Assembly: GCA_964291285.2 (NCBI GenBank)
Contig: OZ219785.1
Location: 480,001 to 544,000, forward strand
Origin: Alphaproteobacteria bacterium
Lineage (GTDB): Bacteria > Pseudomonadota > Alphaproteobacteria > Bin95
Reading direction: 5' to 3'
DNA: 64,000 nucleotides
Shown piece after piece: positions 38,905 through 48,993 of this stretch. The first letter of the stretch is position 1, and the number at the start of each line of letters is the position of its first letter. The notes beneath the pieces were generated by a model that was not told where the DNA came from, did not search any database, and saw only the letters and a program-made list of their open reading frames with translations. The translations under genes and the position numbers were made by a program.

Positions 38905-39777
38905 TCAGGCCGCCGCCGCGTGGACCGCGGGCAGGCCGCGCACGCTGATGCGCCAGAGCAGGCGCGAGTCCTGCTTCGAGGTCGCGACGCCGATGGGGGT
39001 GGCGGCGTGCATGGTCTGCAGCGTGTCCCACACCACCAGGTCGCCCGCGGCGTATTTGTGGCGGTAGATGTGCCGCTCCTCCAGCGCGTGGTCCTTCAGC
39101 TCGTCGAGCAGCGCTTCCGCGTCGGCGTCCGCCATGCCCTCGATGGCGTAGGCGCCGTGGCCGAGCGCGTAGAGCGCCTTTCGGCCCGTCACCGGATGGG
39201 GCATGACCAGCGGGTGCCAGACCGGCGGCACGCGGCTGTCCTGCTCGTCATTGGCGATCGGGTTCGCTGGCGGCTCGTCCGCGCGCCGCTTGCCGCGCCC
39301 GTATTTGTGCGCGACCCGGATGCCGTCGATCCGCCGCTTCACCGCCTCTTCCAGATTGTCCCAGGCCGCGGCCATGTCGCAGAACTGCGTCTCGCCGCCC
39401 TCGGCGGGCGCGACGATGGAGTAGAGCATGGTCGCGCTCGCCGGCACCTCCTCGTAGGACTGGTCGGTGTGCCAGAGCGCGGCGCCGTTGCGGATCTTCG
39501 GGTCCTCGTCGCGCTTCTCGGTGTTGCCGACGGTCATGAGCTCCGGATAGCCGGCCATGCGCATATGGTCGAGCACATGGGGGATCGGCGCGCCCCACTG
39601 CCGCCCGAAGCCGAGATAGCCCTCCTCGTCGAGCTTCTGGTCCCGGATGACGATGACGCGGTGGTCGTAGAGCGCGCCGGTCAACAGCCGCATGAGCGCA
39701 TCGTCGGCGCCGGCGCCCAGGTCGACGCCGCGTACTTCCGCGCCGAAGGCGGCGTCGAGCGGGGTAATCGCGGTCAT
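38905..39777 (-). CDS. TauD/TfdA-family Fe(II)/2-oxoglutarate dioxygenase
   Basis: WHTD, GGETQFCD, HPLV..HPVTGRKALY, GDLVVWD..TMH, LWR. Confidence 0.9.
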   Translation of the reverse strand: MTAITPLDAAFGAEVRGVDLGAGADDALMRLLTGALYDHRVIVIRDQKLDEEGYLGFGRQWGAPIPHVLDHMRMAGYPELMTVGNTEKRDEDPKIRNGAALWHTDQSYEEVPASATMLYSIVAPAEGGETQFCDMAAAWDNLEEAVKRRIDGIRVAHKYGRGKRRADEPPANPIANDEQDSRVPPVWHPLVMPHPVTGRKALYALGHGAYAIEGMADADAEALLDELKDHALEERHIYRHKYAAGDLVVWDTLQTMHAATPIGVATSKQDSRLLWRISVRGLPAVHAAAA

Positions 39778-39789
39778 GGGCGGTTCCTC

Positions 39790-41079
39790 CTATTCGGCGG
39801 CCTGGACCAGGTAGTCGTCCATGGGCGCCGTGCCGAGGCGCGGGTCCTTGTAGAGCGCGCCGTCCTTCATGATCATCGCGAGGTTGTCCCGGTCCTGAAC
39901 CAGCGAGACATCCTCGGTCGGGTCGCCGCGCACCAGCAGCAGGTCGGCGAGGTAGCCTTCCTTCACCCTGCCGAGCTCGCCCGCCATGCCCATCAGTTCC
40001 GCGCCGACGACCGTAGCGCATTTGAGCGCGTCCGCCGGCGAATAGCCGAACCAGCGCACGAAATGCTCGATGTCCCGCGCGTTCTGGCCCATCGGCGTCA
40101 TGGCGAAGCCGTAATCGCCGCCGACCACCACCCGGATGCCGCGCTTGCGGATCTCGTGATAGGTCTCGCAGGTCAGGTCGAACATGCGCAGGAGGCCGAG
40201 CGATTCCACGGTCGCGCGGTCCAGCCTGTATTTTTCGCCCTCGCGGGTGGAATTGTGCACGAGCCCGAAGGCCGGGCCGACAAAGGCCGTGTCCCTGACG
40301 CTCTCCAGCGCGTCGAGCGCCTCCTCGTCGGCATAGTCGCAGTGGTAGATGCACTCGATGCCGTGCCGGACCGCCATCATCACGCTCTTCGAGGAGCGGG
40401 CGTGGCAGGCCACCATCTTGCCGAAATCGCGCGCGACCCCGACAAGCGCCGCCACTTCGTCGTCATTGGTCGGCGTGACCTCGCCCCCGGCGAACGGCAC
40501 GAAATCGTCGCCGGAGAGGTTGATCTTGAGCTGGTCCACGCGGTCGCGGACGCATTCCCGCGCCACCTTGCGCATCTCCTCCGGGCCGTCGGCGACGAGC
40601 CCGAAGCTCTCCTGGTGGAGATGGCGCTGGCGCTCGTCGCCGAGCCCGGCCGTGGTCGTGATCTCCGGCGAGCCGGCGCGCATGCGGGGGCCGGCCAGCA
40701 TCCCCTCCTCGATGGCGTCGCGCGCATTGACGCCCAGCAGCGGCTTGGCCGAGGCCGCCTCGAAGATCGAGGTGAAGCCGTGCTCCAGAAGCAGCCGCAG
40801 GTTCTGCGCCGTCAGCAGCATGTGGCGTTCGGGGCCGATCCGGCCGAGGTCCGGCGGCGCCATGATGCCGGTGAAGCTCGGGTGGCAGTGGCCTTCTACC
40901 ATGCCCGGCATCAGCGTCATGCCGGCGCCGTCGATCCGCTCTTCCGGCAGGTCGCCGACCGGCTCTCCTGCGGGCGCCACCGCGGCGATACGGTTGCCCT
41001 CCACCACGACGGTTGCGGGGACGGGCGCGTCCGTCTCGCCGTCCCACACCTGCGCATCGGTTATCGCTATTCTCGACAT
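39790..41079 (-). CDS. Metal-dependent amidohydrolase (prolidase/imidazolonepropionase-like)
   Basis: MPGMVEGHCH, carbamylatable K (DQLKI), ACHA, IYH, GGDYG, GYLADLLLV. Confidence 0.85.
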   Translation of the reverse strand: MSRIAITDAQVWDGETDAPVPATVVVEGNRIAAVAPAGEPVGDLPEERIDGAGMTLMPGMVEGHCHPSFTGIMAPPDLGRIGPERHMLLTAQNLRLLLEHGFTSIFEAASAKPLLGVNARDAIEEGMLAGPRMRAGSPEITTTAGLGDERQRHLHQESFGLVADGPEEMRKVARECVRDRVDQLKINLSGDDFVPFAGGEVTPTNDDEVAALVGVARDFGKMVACHARSSKSVMMAVRHGIECIYHCDYADEEALDALESVRDTAFVGPAFGLVHNSTREGEKYRLDRATVESLGLLRMFDLTCETYHEIRKRGIRVVVGGDYGFAMTPMGQNARDIEHFVRWFGYSPADALKCATVVGAELMGMAGELGRVKEGYLADLLLVRGDPTEDVSLVQDRDNLAMIMKDGALYKDPRLGTAPMDDYLVQAAE

Positions 41080-41197
41080 TGCCTCCTCCCTGCCTTGCCT
41101 GCCGGCCGCCCGCGCGGCGGCCGCACGACCCGACTCTGCCGGCCGCGCGCGGAGACCGCAATGCGCCGCCGGCCCGCAAAGGAGGGCGGTAGGCCGG

Positions 41198-41476
41198 CTA
41201 TCCGTCCGGCGCCATGCCGAGGGCGCTCTTGTAGAGGTCCAGCAGCGCCTCCTGTTCGGCGCGGTCGGCGCTGTCCATCTTCCGGAGCCGCACGATCTGG
41301 CGCATGGTCTTCACATCGAAGCCGTGCGCCTTCGCCTCGGCATAGACTTCGCGGATATCGGCCATGAGCGCGGCCTTCTCGTCCTCCAGCCGCTCGACGC
41401 GCTCGACGAAGGCGCGCAACTGTCCGGCGGTCACCCCGCCGGCCTCGCGTTGCGGCGCCCCTGCTCCGCCGGCCAT
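41198..41476 (-). CDS. gapR: DUF2312 / GapR nucleoid-associated protein
   Basis: QLRAFVERVERLEDEK...EAKAHGFDVKTMRQIVRLRK...EQEALLDLY. Confidence 0.88.
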   Translation of the reverse strand: MAGGAGAPQREAGGVTAGQLRAFVERVERLEDEKAALMADIREVYAEAKAHGFDVKTMRQIVRLRKMDSADRAEQEALLDLYKSALGMAPDG

Positions 41477-41488
41477 GTCCTGCACGGC

Positions 41489-41779
41489 TCAGTGCGCTTT
41501 CGACTGGAAGGCGGCCATCTGCTCCGGCGTCGCCTCCTTCTGGTGTTTCGCCTTGTAGTCGGCATAGGGCATGCCATAGACGATCTCGCGCGCCGCCTCG
41601 TAGTCCATGTCGAGGCCGCGCTCCTCGGCCGCCGCCCGGTACCATTTGGACAGGCAGTTGCGGCAGAAGCCGGCGAGGTTCATCAGGTCGATATTCTGAA
41701 CATCCGGGTTGTCGCGCAGATGCTGAACCAGGGTGCGGAAGGCGGCAGCCTCCAACTCGGTCGTTGTCTTGTCGGTCAT
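41489..41779 (-). CDS. DUF1244 family protein
   Basis: EAAAFR, VQNIDLMNLAGFCRNCLSKWY, YGMPY. Confidence 0.88.
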   Translation of the reverse strand: MTDKTTTELEAAAFRTLVQHLRDNPDVQNIDLMNLAGFCRNCLSKWYRAAAEERGLDMDYEAAREIVYGMPYADYKAKHQKEATPEQMAAFQSKAH

Positions 41780-41832
41780 CGGTCTCGCTACTCAATCGCC
41801 AGGAAACGGGGTCGCGGCTAAACTAGCCGATC

Positions 41833-43044
41833 ATGCAGCCGGAATCGATCCTCCGCCGGGCGTTCGAACGCGCGGTCGCGCGCGCCGACCCGGCGCTGTC
41901 GCTCGCCCCGCACCTCCCCGAACCGCCGGCGGGGCGCACGTTCGTGGCAGCGGCCGGTAAGGCGGCGGCGTCGATGGCGGCCGCGTTCGAGGCGGCGTGG
42001 CCGGGCCCGCTGGAGGGCGTCGCCGTCACCCGGTATGGCCATGGCGCCCCCTGCGAGCGGGTCGAGGTTGTAGAGGCCGGACACCCGATGCCGGACGCCG
42101 CCGGACGCAGGGCCGCGATGCGGATTCTGGAAGCGGCACGCAGTCTCGGGCCGGACGACCTGTTCGTGTTCCTCGCCTCCGGCGGCGGTTCGGCGCTGCT
42201 GGCATTGCCGCTGCCGGGCATCCCCTTCGAGACCAAGCAGGCGATGACGGCCCGGCTGCTCGCATCGGGCGCCTCGATCCGCGAGATCAACACGGTGCGC
42301 AAGCATATGTCGGCGGTGAAAGGCGGGCGGCTGGCCGCGGCCGCCTTTCCGGCCCGGACCGTGACACTCGCCATATCCGACGTGCCGGGGGACAATCCCG
42401 CCACCATCGTGTCGGGCCCGACCGTGCCCGACCCGACGACGCTCGCCGATGCCGGGCGCGTGCTGGCGGCTTACGGGATCGAGCCGGTGGCCGGGCTCGA
42501 GGAAACGCCGAAGCGGCTGGAGCGGTCCGAATTCCGCCTGGTCGCCACGCCCAGGGAGTGCCTGCTGGACGCCGCGCCGGACGGGCCGCCCGCCTGGCTG
42601 CTCTCGGACCGCATCGAGGGCGAGGCGCGCGAGGCGGGCAAGGTCATGGCCGGCATCGCGCTCCACGCCCGCGCCTTCGCCGCCCCGTTCCCGCCGCCCT
42701 GCCTGCTGCTTTCCGGCGGCGAGACGACCGTGACCGTGCGCGGCACGGGCAAGGGCGGGCGCAATCTGGAGTTCCTGCTGGGGCTCGCGCTCGCGCTCGA
42801 CGGCGCGCCCGGCATCCACGCCATCGCCTGCGACACGGACGGAATCGACGGCGCAAGCGACTGCGCGGGCGCGCTGCTCCGCCCGGACAGCCTCGCGCGG
42901 GCGCGGGCGCTCGGCCTCGATCCGGCGGAGCGCCTGCGCGAAAATGACGCCCATGCCATGTTCGCCGCGCTGGGAGACCTTATCGTCACGGGGCCGACAC
43001 GAACCAATGTCAACGATTTCCGCGCTATTCTGATCGAGCCATAG
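41833..43044 (+). CDS. Glycerate kinase type II (TtuD/MOFRL family)
   Basis: GKAAASMA, SGGGSAL, ISDVPGD, SGGETTV, GGRNLE, DTDGIDG, GPTRTNVND. Confidence 0.9.
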   Translation: MQPESILRRAFERAVARADPALSLAPHLPEPPAGRTFVAAAGKAAASMAAAFEAAWPGPLEGVAVTRYGHGAPCERVEVVEAGHPMPDAAGRRAAMRILEAARSLGPDDLFVFLASGGGSALLALPLPGIPFETKQAMTARLLASGASIREINTVRKHMSAVKGGRLAAAAFPARTVTLAISDVPGDNPATIVSGPTVPDPTTLADAGRVLAAYGIEPVAGLEETPKRLERSEFRLVATPRECLLDAAPDGPPAWLLSDRIEGEAREAGKVMAGIALHARAFAAPFPPPCLLLSGGETTVTVRGTGKGGRNLEFLLGLALALDGAPGIHAIACDTDGIDGASDCAGALLRPDSLARARALGLDPAERLRENDAHAMFAALGDLIVTGPTRTNVNDFRAILIEP

Positions 43045-43055
43045 GGGAGAGGGCG

Positions 43056-44477
43056 ATGCGCCGCAAGCGGAGGGCCAAGATCGTCGCCACGCTCGGACCG
43101 GCGACCTCGAGCGCGGAGGCCATCGAGGAGCTGTTCGAGGCGGGGGTCGATGTGTTCCGCTTCAATTTCAGCCACGGGCAGCCCGAGGACCATGCGAGGC
43201 GACACCGTATCCTGCGCGAGCTGGAGCGCCATGCATTGCGGCCGATAGGCATCATGGCCGACATGCAGGGCCCGAAGCTCCGGGTCGGCGCCTTCGAGGG
43301 CGGGGGCGTCGAGCTGGAGGCGGGCCGGCGCTTCATGCTGGACCGTTCGGAGCGTCCCGGCACGGCCGCCCGCGCCTCCGTGCCCCACCCGGAGATCTTC
43401 TCGGCCGTGCGCGCGGGCGACGACATGCTGCTGGACGACGGGCGGCTCCGGCTGAAGGTGCTGTCCAAGTCCGAGGCGGCGCTGGAGACGCAGGTGGTGG
43501 ACGGCGGGCGCCTCAGCGACCGCAAGGGCATCAACCTGCCAGGCGTCGTGCTGCCGATCTCGCCGCTCACCGAAAAGGACCGCACGGACCTGCGCTTCGC
43601 GCTCGGGCTCGGCGTGGAATGGATCGCGCTCTCCTTCGTGCAGCGCCCGGAGGATGTCGCGGAGGCGCGCCGGTTGATCGGCAGCCGGGCTCATGTTCTC
43701 GTCAAGGTGGAGAAGCCCGCCGCGCTCGGTTGCATCGAGGAACTCGTCGCCGCCGCCGACGCGGTGATGGTGGCGCGCGGCGACCTCGGCGTCGAAATGC
43801 CGGCCGAAGAGGTGCCGATCGCGCAGAAGACGATCATCCGCACCTGCCGCGATGCGGGCAAGCCGGTGATCGTGGCGACACAGATGCTGGAATCGATGGT
43901 GCACGCGCCGGCGCCCACCCGCGCGGAGGTCTCGGATGTGGCGACGGCGGTCTATGACGGCGCCGACGCGGTGATGCTGTCGGCGGAGACCGCGGCCGGC
44001 GCCCATCCGGTGGCGGCGGTCGAGATCATGGGCCGGGTGATCGACCGGGTGGAGCGCGACCCGTCGCACCGGCGCATCGCGGCGGCCGAACAGCGCCCGC
44101 CAATGGCGACCTCGGCGGACGCCATCTCGGCCGCCGCCCACCAGGTGGCCGACACGATCGGCGCGGCCGCGATCGTGACCTACACCACGTCGGGCTCGAC
44201 GACGCTTCGCGCCGCCCGCGAGCGCCCGGAGCAGCCGATTCTGGGTGTGACTTCGGAGCTTGCCACCGCGCGGCGCCTCTCGCTCACCTGCGGCGTTCAC
44301 AGCGTGCATACGGCCGATGTGCGGGATTTCGACGAAATGGTGCGCAAGGCCGTCGCCGCCGCCGCGCTCGAAGATGTCGCCGGGCCGGGAGACACGGTGA
44401 TCATCACCGCGGGCGTGCCCTTCGGCACCCCCGGCGCCACAAATGTGCTGCGCATCGCCCGCATTCCGGCGGAATGA
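43056..44477 (+). CDS. pyk: Pyruvate kinase
   Basis: KIVATLGPA, RFNFSHG, MVARGDLGVE, ATQMLESM, PTRAEVSDVA, MLSAETA. Confidence 0.95.
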   Translation: MRRKRRAKIVATLGPATSSAEAIEELFEAGVDVFRFNFSHGQPEDHARRHRILRELERHALRPIGIMADMQGPKLRVGAFEGGGVELEAGRRFMLDRSERPGTAARASVPHPEIFSAVRAGDDMLLDDGRLRLKVLSKSEAALETQVVDGGRLSDRKGINLPGVVLPISPLTEKDRTDLRFALGLGVEWIALSFVQRPEDVAEARRLIGSRAHVLVKVEKPAALGCIEELVAAADAVMVARGDLGVEMPAEEVPIAQKTIIRTCRDAGKPVIVATQMLESMVHAPAPTRAEVSDVATAVYDGADAVMLSAETAAGAHPVAAVEIMGRVIDRVERDPSHRRIAAAEQRPPMATSADAISAAAHQVADTIGAAAIVTYTTSGSTTLRAARERPEQPILGVTSELATARRLSLTCGVHSVHTADVRDFDEMVRKAVAAAALEDVAGPGDTVIITAGVPFGTPGATNVLRIARIPAE

Positions 44478-44538
44478 CGATCCGGACCCGAGCCGCCGCC
44501 GGCGTGTATCCTGCACTCCGGGACCGGAGGAGCATGCC

Positions 44539-45825
44539 ATGTCCATGACGGAAACCGAGCACGTCTTCCGCTACACGCACGAGTTCTCGGACACGATCAT
44601 CGCCAGCGCCGGCGGGGCGGTAATCCGCGACCGCGAGGGGCGCGAGATCCTCGATTTCACCTCCGGGCAGATGAGCTCGATTCTCGGGCACGCGCATCCG
44701 GAGATCGTCGCGACGGTCAGGGACGGGATCGAGTGCCTGGACCATGTCCACAGCAGCTTTCTTTCCGACCCGGTCATCGGGCTCGCGAACGCGCTGAGCG
44801 GCCTGTTGCCCGACAAGCTCTCCAAGGTGCTGCCGCTCAGCACGGGCGGCGAGTCCAACGAGGCGGCGCTCAAGATGGCGAAGCTCGCGACGGGCCGCTA
44901 CGAAGTCGTCGCCTTCGACCGGTCCTGGCACGGGATCACCGGCGGCGCCGGATCGGCGACCTTCAACGGGGCGCGGCGGGGTTACGGGGCGCCGATGCCC
45001 GGCGTGCTGGCGTTGCCGACGCCTTATGCCTATCGCTCGCCCTTCGCGTCCAACGGGGACTATGACTGGCGCGCGGAGCTCGACTGGGGCTTCGGGATGG
45101 TGGACCGGCAGACGACCGGCAGCCTCGCCGCCATGATCCTGGAGCCGGTGCTGAGTTCGGGCGGCGTCATCGAGCTTCCGGAAGGCTATCCGGCCGCGCT
45201 CGCCGAACACTGCCGGGCGCGCGGCATGCTGCTCATCTACGACGAGGCGCAGACCGGCCTCGGACGCACCGGCGCCCGGTTCGCCTTCGAGCATGAGGGC
45301 GTGGTTCCCGACATCCTGACGCTCTCCAAGACGCTGGGCGCGGGCCTGCCGCTTTCCGCGACGGTCGCTTCGGCCGAGCTGGAAGAGGCGTGCTATGAGA
45401 ATGATTTCCTCTTCTACACCACTCACACCGCCGACCCGCTGCCGGCGGCGGTTGGAGCCAAGGTGGTGGAAATCCTGGTCCGCGACCGGCTCGAGGAGCG
45501 CGCCCGCGACCTCGGAGCCTACATGAAGGCCATCCTGCTCGACCTCCAGCAGCGCCATGAGTGCATCGGCGATGTGCGCGGCCGGGGCCTGCTGCTCGGC
45601 GTGGAACTGGTCGAGGACCGGCACAGCAAGACGCCTGCGAACAGTTTGGGCCACGAGGTCGGGCGGCGCTGCATCGAACTCGGCGCAAGCCTCAATATCG
45701 CCCGGCAGGCGAGCGCGCACATCTTCCGGATCGCGCCGCCGCTGACCGTGACCCGCGGCCAGATCGACACCGCCATGGACATCCTCGACCGGGCACTGAC
45801 GGAGTGCGCCGGACACGCTCCATAG
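44539..45825 (+). CDS. Class III PLP enzyme, 2,2-dialkylglycine decarboxylase-like
   Basis: ILDFTSGQMS, STGGESNEAA, DEAQTGLGRTG, TLSKTLG, FYTTH. Confidence 0.8.
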   Translation: MSMTETEHVFRYTHEFSDTIIASAGGAVIRDREGREILDFTSGQMSSILGHAHPEIVATVRDGIECLDHVHSSFLSDPVIGLANALSGLLPDKLSKVLPLSTGGESNEAALKMAKLATGRYEVVAFDRSWHGITGGAGSATFNGARRGYGAPMPGVLALPTPYAYRSPFASNGDYDWRAELDWGFGMVDRQTTGSLAAMILEPVLSSGGVIELPEGYPAALAEHCRARGMLLIYDEAQTGLGRTGARFAFEHEGVVPDILTLSKTLGAGLPLSATVASAELEEACYENDFLFYTTHTADPLPAAVGAKVVEILVRDRLEERARDLGAYMKAILLDLQQRHECIGDVRGRGLLLGVELVEDRHSKTPANSLGHEVGRRCIELGASLNIARQASAHIFRIAPPLTVTRGQIDTAMDILDRALTECAGHAP

Positions 45826-45836
45826 GTATTTTTCAC

Positions 45837-45864
45837 TTGACATAATCCCTTTTTGTTCTATATT
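45837..45864 (+). promoter_or_regulatory. Near-consensus sigma70 promoter
   Basis: TTGACA-16 nt-TATATT in an AT-rich patch. Confidence 0.6.
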
Positions 45865-46116
45865 CCCCTCGACTCCCGAACGGAGCGAAGGGGCCATGAC
45901 CTGGAGCTGACAAGGCTGCCGCACGCCGCGCCAGCCGTATTTTCCCGCCTCTCCGCCGCGAACCGCACGCCCGGCGGCGACAGGGGGACGCTGCGCCCGG
46001 CGGCCGGTTTGCGTCGTTCGGATCGGTTCGACGGACGGTGGCGCGGCGATGCCGGGACGGCGCCCGGGCGGATCGTTCGGATTGGGTCGAATGGGCAAGG
46101 GCAGGAAGGACGGACG

Positions 46117-46560
46117 ATGGGGAAGGAATCGACGAACGGGCCGGCGCGCGCATGGCCGGTGCGAAAGCCGGGCGCCCCGGTCGGCGAGCACCTGCGGGGC
46201 GCGGCGGTGGCGGCCGTGCTGCAGGAGGGCATGAGCATCGCCGCGGCGGCGCGGCGGTTCGGGCTGGCGAAAAGCAGCCTCGGCCATTGGGTGAAGCGCT
46301 TTCGCGAACGCGGTCATGTGCGGGCCGACCCGATGGGCGGCCGCCCATCGCGGATCGAGCCGGAGCGCGAGCGCATTTTCCGCATCCTGGAGGCGCGGCC
46401 GGCGATTTCCAGCCGCGGGCTTCGCGATGCGCTGGCCGCCGAGGGGCTGGAGTTCGGCGCGGCCACGGTGCAGCGTTTCCTGAAGCGCCACGGCCTGCAG
46501 CGCGAAATCCGCCTCGCCCGCCTCCGCCGCAGGCGCAGGGGCGTGATCCGCTCGGGTTGA
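46117..46560 (+). CDS. IS630-transposase-like HTH protein (OrfA only, no DDE domain)
   Basis: EGMSIAAAARRFG...WVKRFRERG...PMGG, TVQRFLKRHG; no catalytic ORF follows. Confidence 0.65.
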   Translation: MGKESTNGPARAWPVRKPGAPVGEHLRGAAVAAVLQEGMSIAAAARRFGLAKSSLGHWVKRFRERGHVRADPMGGRPSRIEPERERIFRILEARPAISSRGLRDALAAEGLEFGAATVQRFLKRHGLQREIRLARLRRRRRGVIRSG

Positions 46561-46691
46561 AACAGCCTCGTTCTCAAGGCTCCAATCCCCGCCTGCCTCT
46601 CAGCGCGACGGGCGTTTGCCGGGCGCCGCCCGCCAGCGGGGGAGGGGCTTCCAGACGGCCGGCGCCGCCATGTGCGTCCGGCGGGGGCGGC

Positions 46692-47546
46692 TCAGGCGCC
46701 GGGGTAGAGGCTTGCGATTTCCCGTTTCACGATTCCGGCCGCCTCAGACAGCGGCTCGGGCGCTTCCAGAAGCTGGATGACGGCGCGGCCCGGCGTTGCC
46801 AGCGCCGGAGAATGGGAAATGACCTTCATGTCCGCCGGGATGGTGCCTTCCGCCATGACCGCGACCGCGGCCCCGCAGGCGATGGCGCACCGGATGGCCT
46901 GTTCGTCGGCTCCGGTCAGAACCTCCCGAAAGGCCGTATTCCGGGACTTGAGCGCTGCAACCGCCGCCTCGCGCAACGGATAGCCCTCGGGATAGCCGGC
47001 AACCGGCACGACCGGCCAGTCGGCGACCGCAAACTCGGGCGCGGCCACCCAGTAAAGACGCGGCCGGGACAGTTTCGCCGCCAGAGGCAGCTCGTCAAGC
47101 GTCATTACCACAGCGAGGTCGAGACGGCCCGCCTGGAGGTCCTGGCGAAGCGCCGCGCTCCCGCCGCAGTGAATGTTGACCTCCAGCGCGCTGTAATCGC
47201 CCCTCATCCGCCTGATGAACTCCGGAAGCAGGGACGAGCAGCAGTCTTCGGCGACGCCAAGCCGAACGGTGCCCGCAATGAGCTTCGAACTCGCCCGCTC
47301 GAGCAGCCTGTCATGGAGGCCCACCATCGCCTCGGCGCCGGGCAGCAGGTCCCGCCCGGCGTCCGTAAGCCGGACATCGGCGCGGTTCCGCTCGAAAAGG
47401 CGCATGCCGACCTGCTCTTCGAGAGTCCGGATGCGCAGCGACATCGTTCCCTGAGAGCAACCGAGCAGTTCCGCCGCAATAGAGAAGCTGCGCTCGGCGG
47501 CGACGGTCAGGAACGACCTCAGGAGCCTTGTGTCGATATCGGCCAT
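46692..47546 (-). CDS. LysR-family transcriptional regulator
   Basis: LLRSFLTVA..SFSIAA...SQGTMSLRIRTLEEQVG..LFER. Confidence 0.9.
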   Translation of the reverse strand: MADIDTRLLRSFLTVAAERSFSIAAELLGCSQGTMSLRIRTLEEQVGMRLFERNRADVRLTDAGRDLLPGAEAMVGLHDRLLERASSKLIAGTVRLGVAEDCCSSLLPEFIRRMRGDYSALEVNIHCGGSAALRQDLQAGRLDLAVVMTLDELPLAAKLSRPRLYWVAAPEFAVADWPVVPVAGYPEGYPLREAAVAALKSRNTAFREVLTGADEQAIRCAIACGAAVAVMAEGTIPADMKVISHSPALATPGRAVIQLLEAPEPLSEAAGIVKREIASLYPGA

Positions 47547-47734
47547 GAATTTCCATATTACTAATATACAATATTAGTCAATCTGGTCCTTATGTCGCGC
47601 CCCCCTGCCGTTGGCTCCTTTTGCGCCTCGCGCTGCAATCGAACGCGCGCCAGCGCCTGCAGGCGTGTATCGACCTGCGGGAACAGCCCGCTCAACCGGA
47701 GAATTTCAAGTGGCGCCTTGCGCTGACGGCGGCG

Positions 47735-48622
47735 CTACACCGCCTCTGCCATCGGGGAAACCCGGCTGTCCCACTCCCGGTAGATGTCGATAATCTTCCG
47801 TTTGACCATTTCGATCGCTTCGGAGTGCGGCGCCGGTCTCTCCAGCAACTGGATGAAGGCCTTGCCGAGCGGCGGAAGGGTTGCGCGCGGGAGAAGCACC
47901 TTGAACGTGTCCGGAATGGTTCCCTCCGCCATGACGGTGATGGCTATTCCGGCTGCGACGGCGACCTTCACGGCCTGCTCGTCGGAATTCCGAAAAATTT
48001 CCCGGCTGGCGATCCCGTGACGACTCAGTTCGGCGATTCCCGCGGCCCGGAAGAGGCTGCCCTTCTCGCCCCAGGCCACCGGAACCGGCGCCTCGCTGTC
48101 AAGCCGGAAATCGGGAGATGCGACCCAGTGCAGTTGCGGGCGCTGCAGAACCAGCGCCGAGGGCTCCTCGCGCGGCAGGGAGACGATGGCGAGGTCCAGC
48201 AAGCGCGCCTCGACCATATGCCCAAGGCGCTCGCTTGGTTCGCACCGGACATCCAGATCCATCGACGGGTGCTTCTCGGCCGCGTATTTCAGAAGCTCGG
48301 GGAGAAGCGAGACGGCGCAGGCCTCTTCGATTCCAAGACGAACCTGGCCATAAACGGGTCCCGACTGCAGACGCCCGACCATCCGGTCGTGCATGTCCAC
48401 CAACGCCCGGATTTCCGGCAGCAGCCGGTGTCCCTCGGCCGTCAGAGTCACATTATGGGGGCTTCGGTGAAGTAAACGGACGCCGAGTTTTTCTTCCAGC
48501 GCGCGTATGTGCAGCGACATGGTCGCCTGGGAGTATTCCAGCCGTCGGGCGGCTGTCGAGAAGCTCTGCTCCGCGGCGACGCAGAGGAAAGAGCGGAAGA
48601 GCTTGGTATCAATATCGATCAT
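47735..48622 (-). CDS. LysR-family transcriptional regulator
   Basis: LFRSFLCVA..SFSTAA...SQATMSLHIRALEEKLG; paralog of the adjacent gene. Confidence 0.9.
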   Translation of the reverse strand: MIDIDTKLFRSFLCVAAEQSFSTAARRLEYSQATMSLHIRALEEKLGVRLLHRSPHNVTLTAEGHRLLPEIRALVDMHDRMVGRLQSGPVYGQVRLGIEEACAVSLLPELLKYAAEKHPSMDLDVRCEPSERLGHMVEARLLDLAIVSLPREEPSALVLQRPQLHWVASPDFRLDSEAPVPVAWGEKGSLFRAAGIAELSRHGIASREIFRNSDEQAVKVAVAAGIAITVMAEGTIPDTFKVLLPRATLPPLGKAFIQLLERPAPHSEAIEMVKRKIIDIYREWDSRVSPMAEAV

Positions 48623-48886
48623 GTCGTGACCTGCATCCCGTCCGCGCTCGACACGCGCCGGGTAACCGTAACGCATCTTATGCAGGATAAGTGTAAAATA
48701 AGCGTGTGGATGCCAGAATTTCGGTATTATTTCCGTAAAGATCAGCCCGCGACAGAGGCACGGCCCCCGCTCCGCACCACCCCGGACCCCGGCGGTAGAG
48801 CTTGTTCTCCACCGGCTGCGGCGGACGCGGATGCCGGGAGATGGACCCCGGAGGATCGGAGGGCGCGGCGTTTGCGATCCTCCATT

Positions 48887-48986
48887 CCCTCAGCCCGAGC
48901 AGCCGCGAAGCGGCGTATCGAGGGGCCGGACGTGGCGGCGCGATCCTTCGATATGCCCGCCGGAGGCGGGCTACTCAGGATGAGGG
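48887..48986. repeat. Composite palindromic REP/RIME-like element
   Basis: CCCTCAGCCCGAGCAGCC...TATCGAGGGG ... TCCTTCGATATG...CTACTCAGGATGAGGG: outer inverted repeat with two internal hairpins, resembling alphaproteobacterial intergenic repeats. Confidence 0.6.
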
Positions 48987-48993
48987 GACAGAA

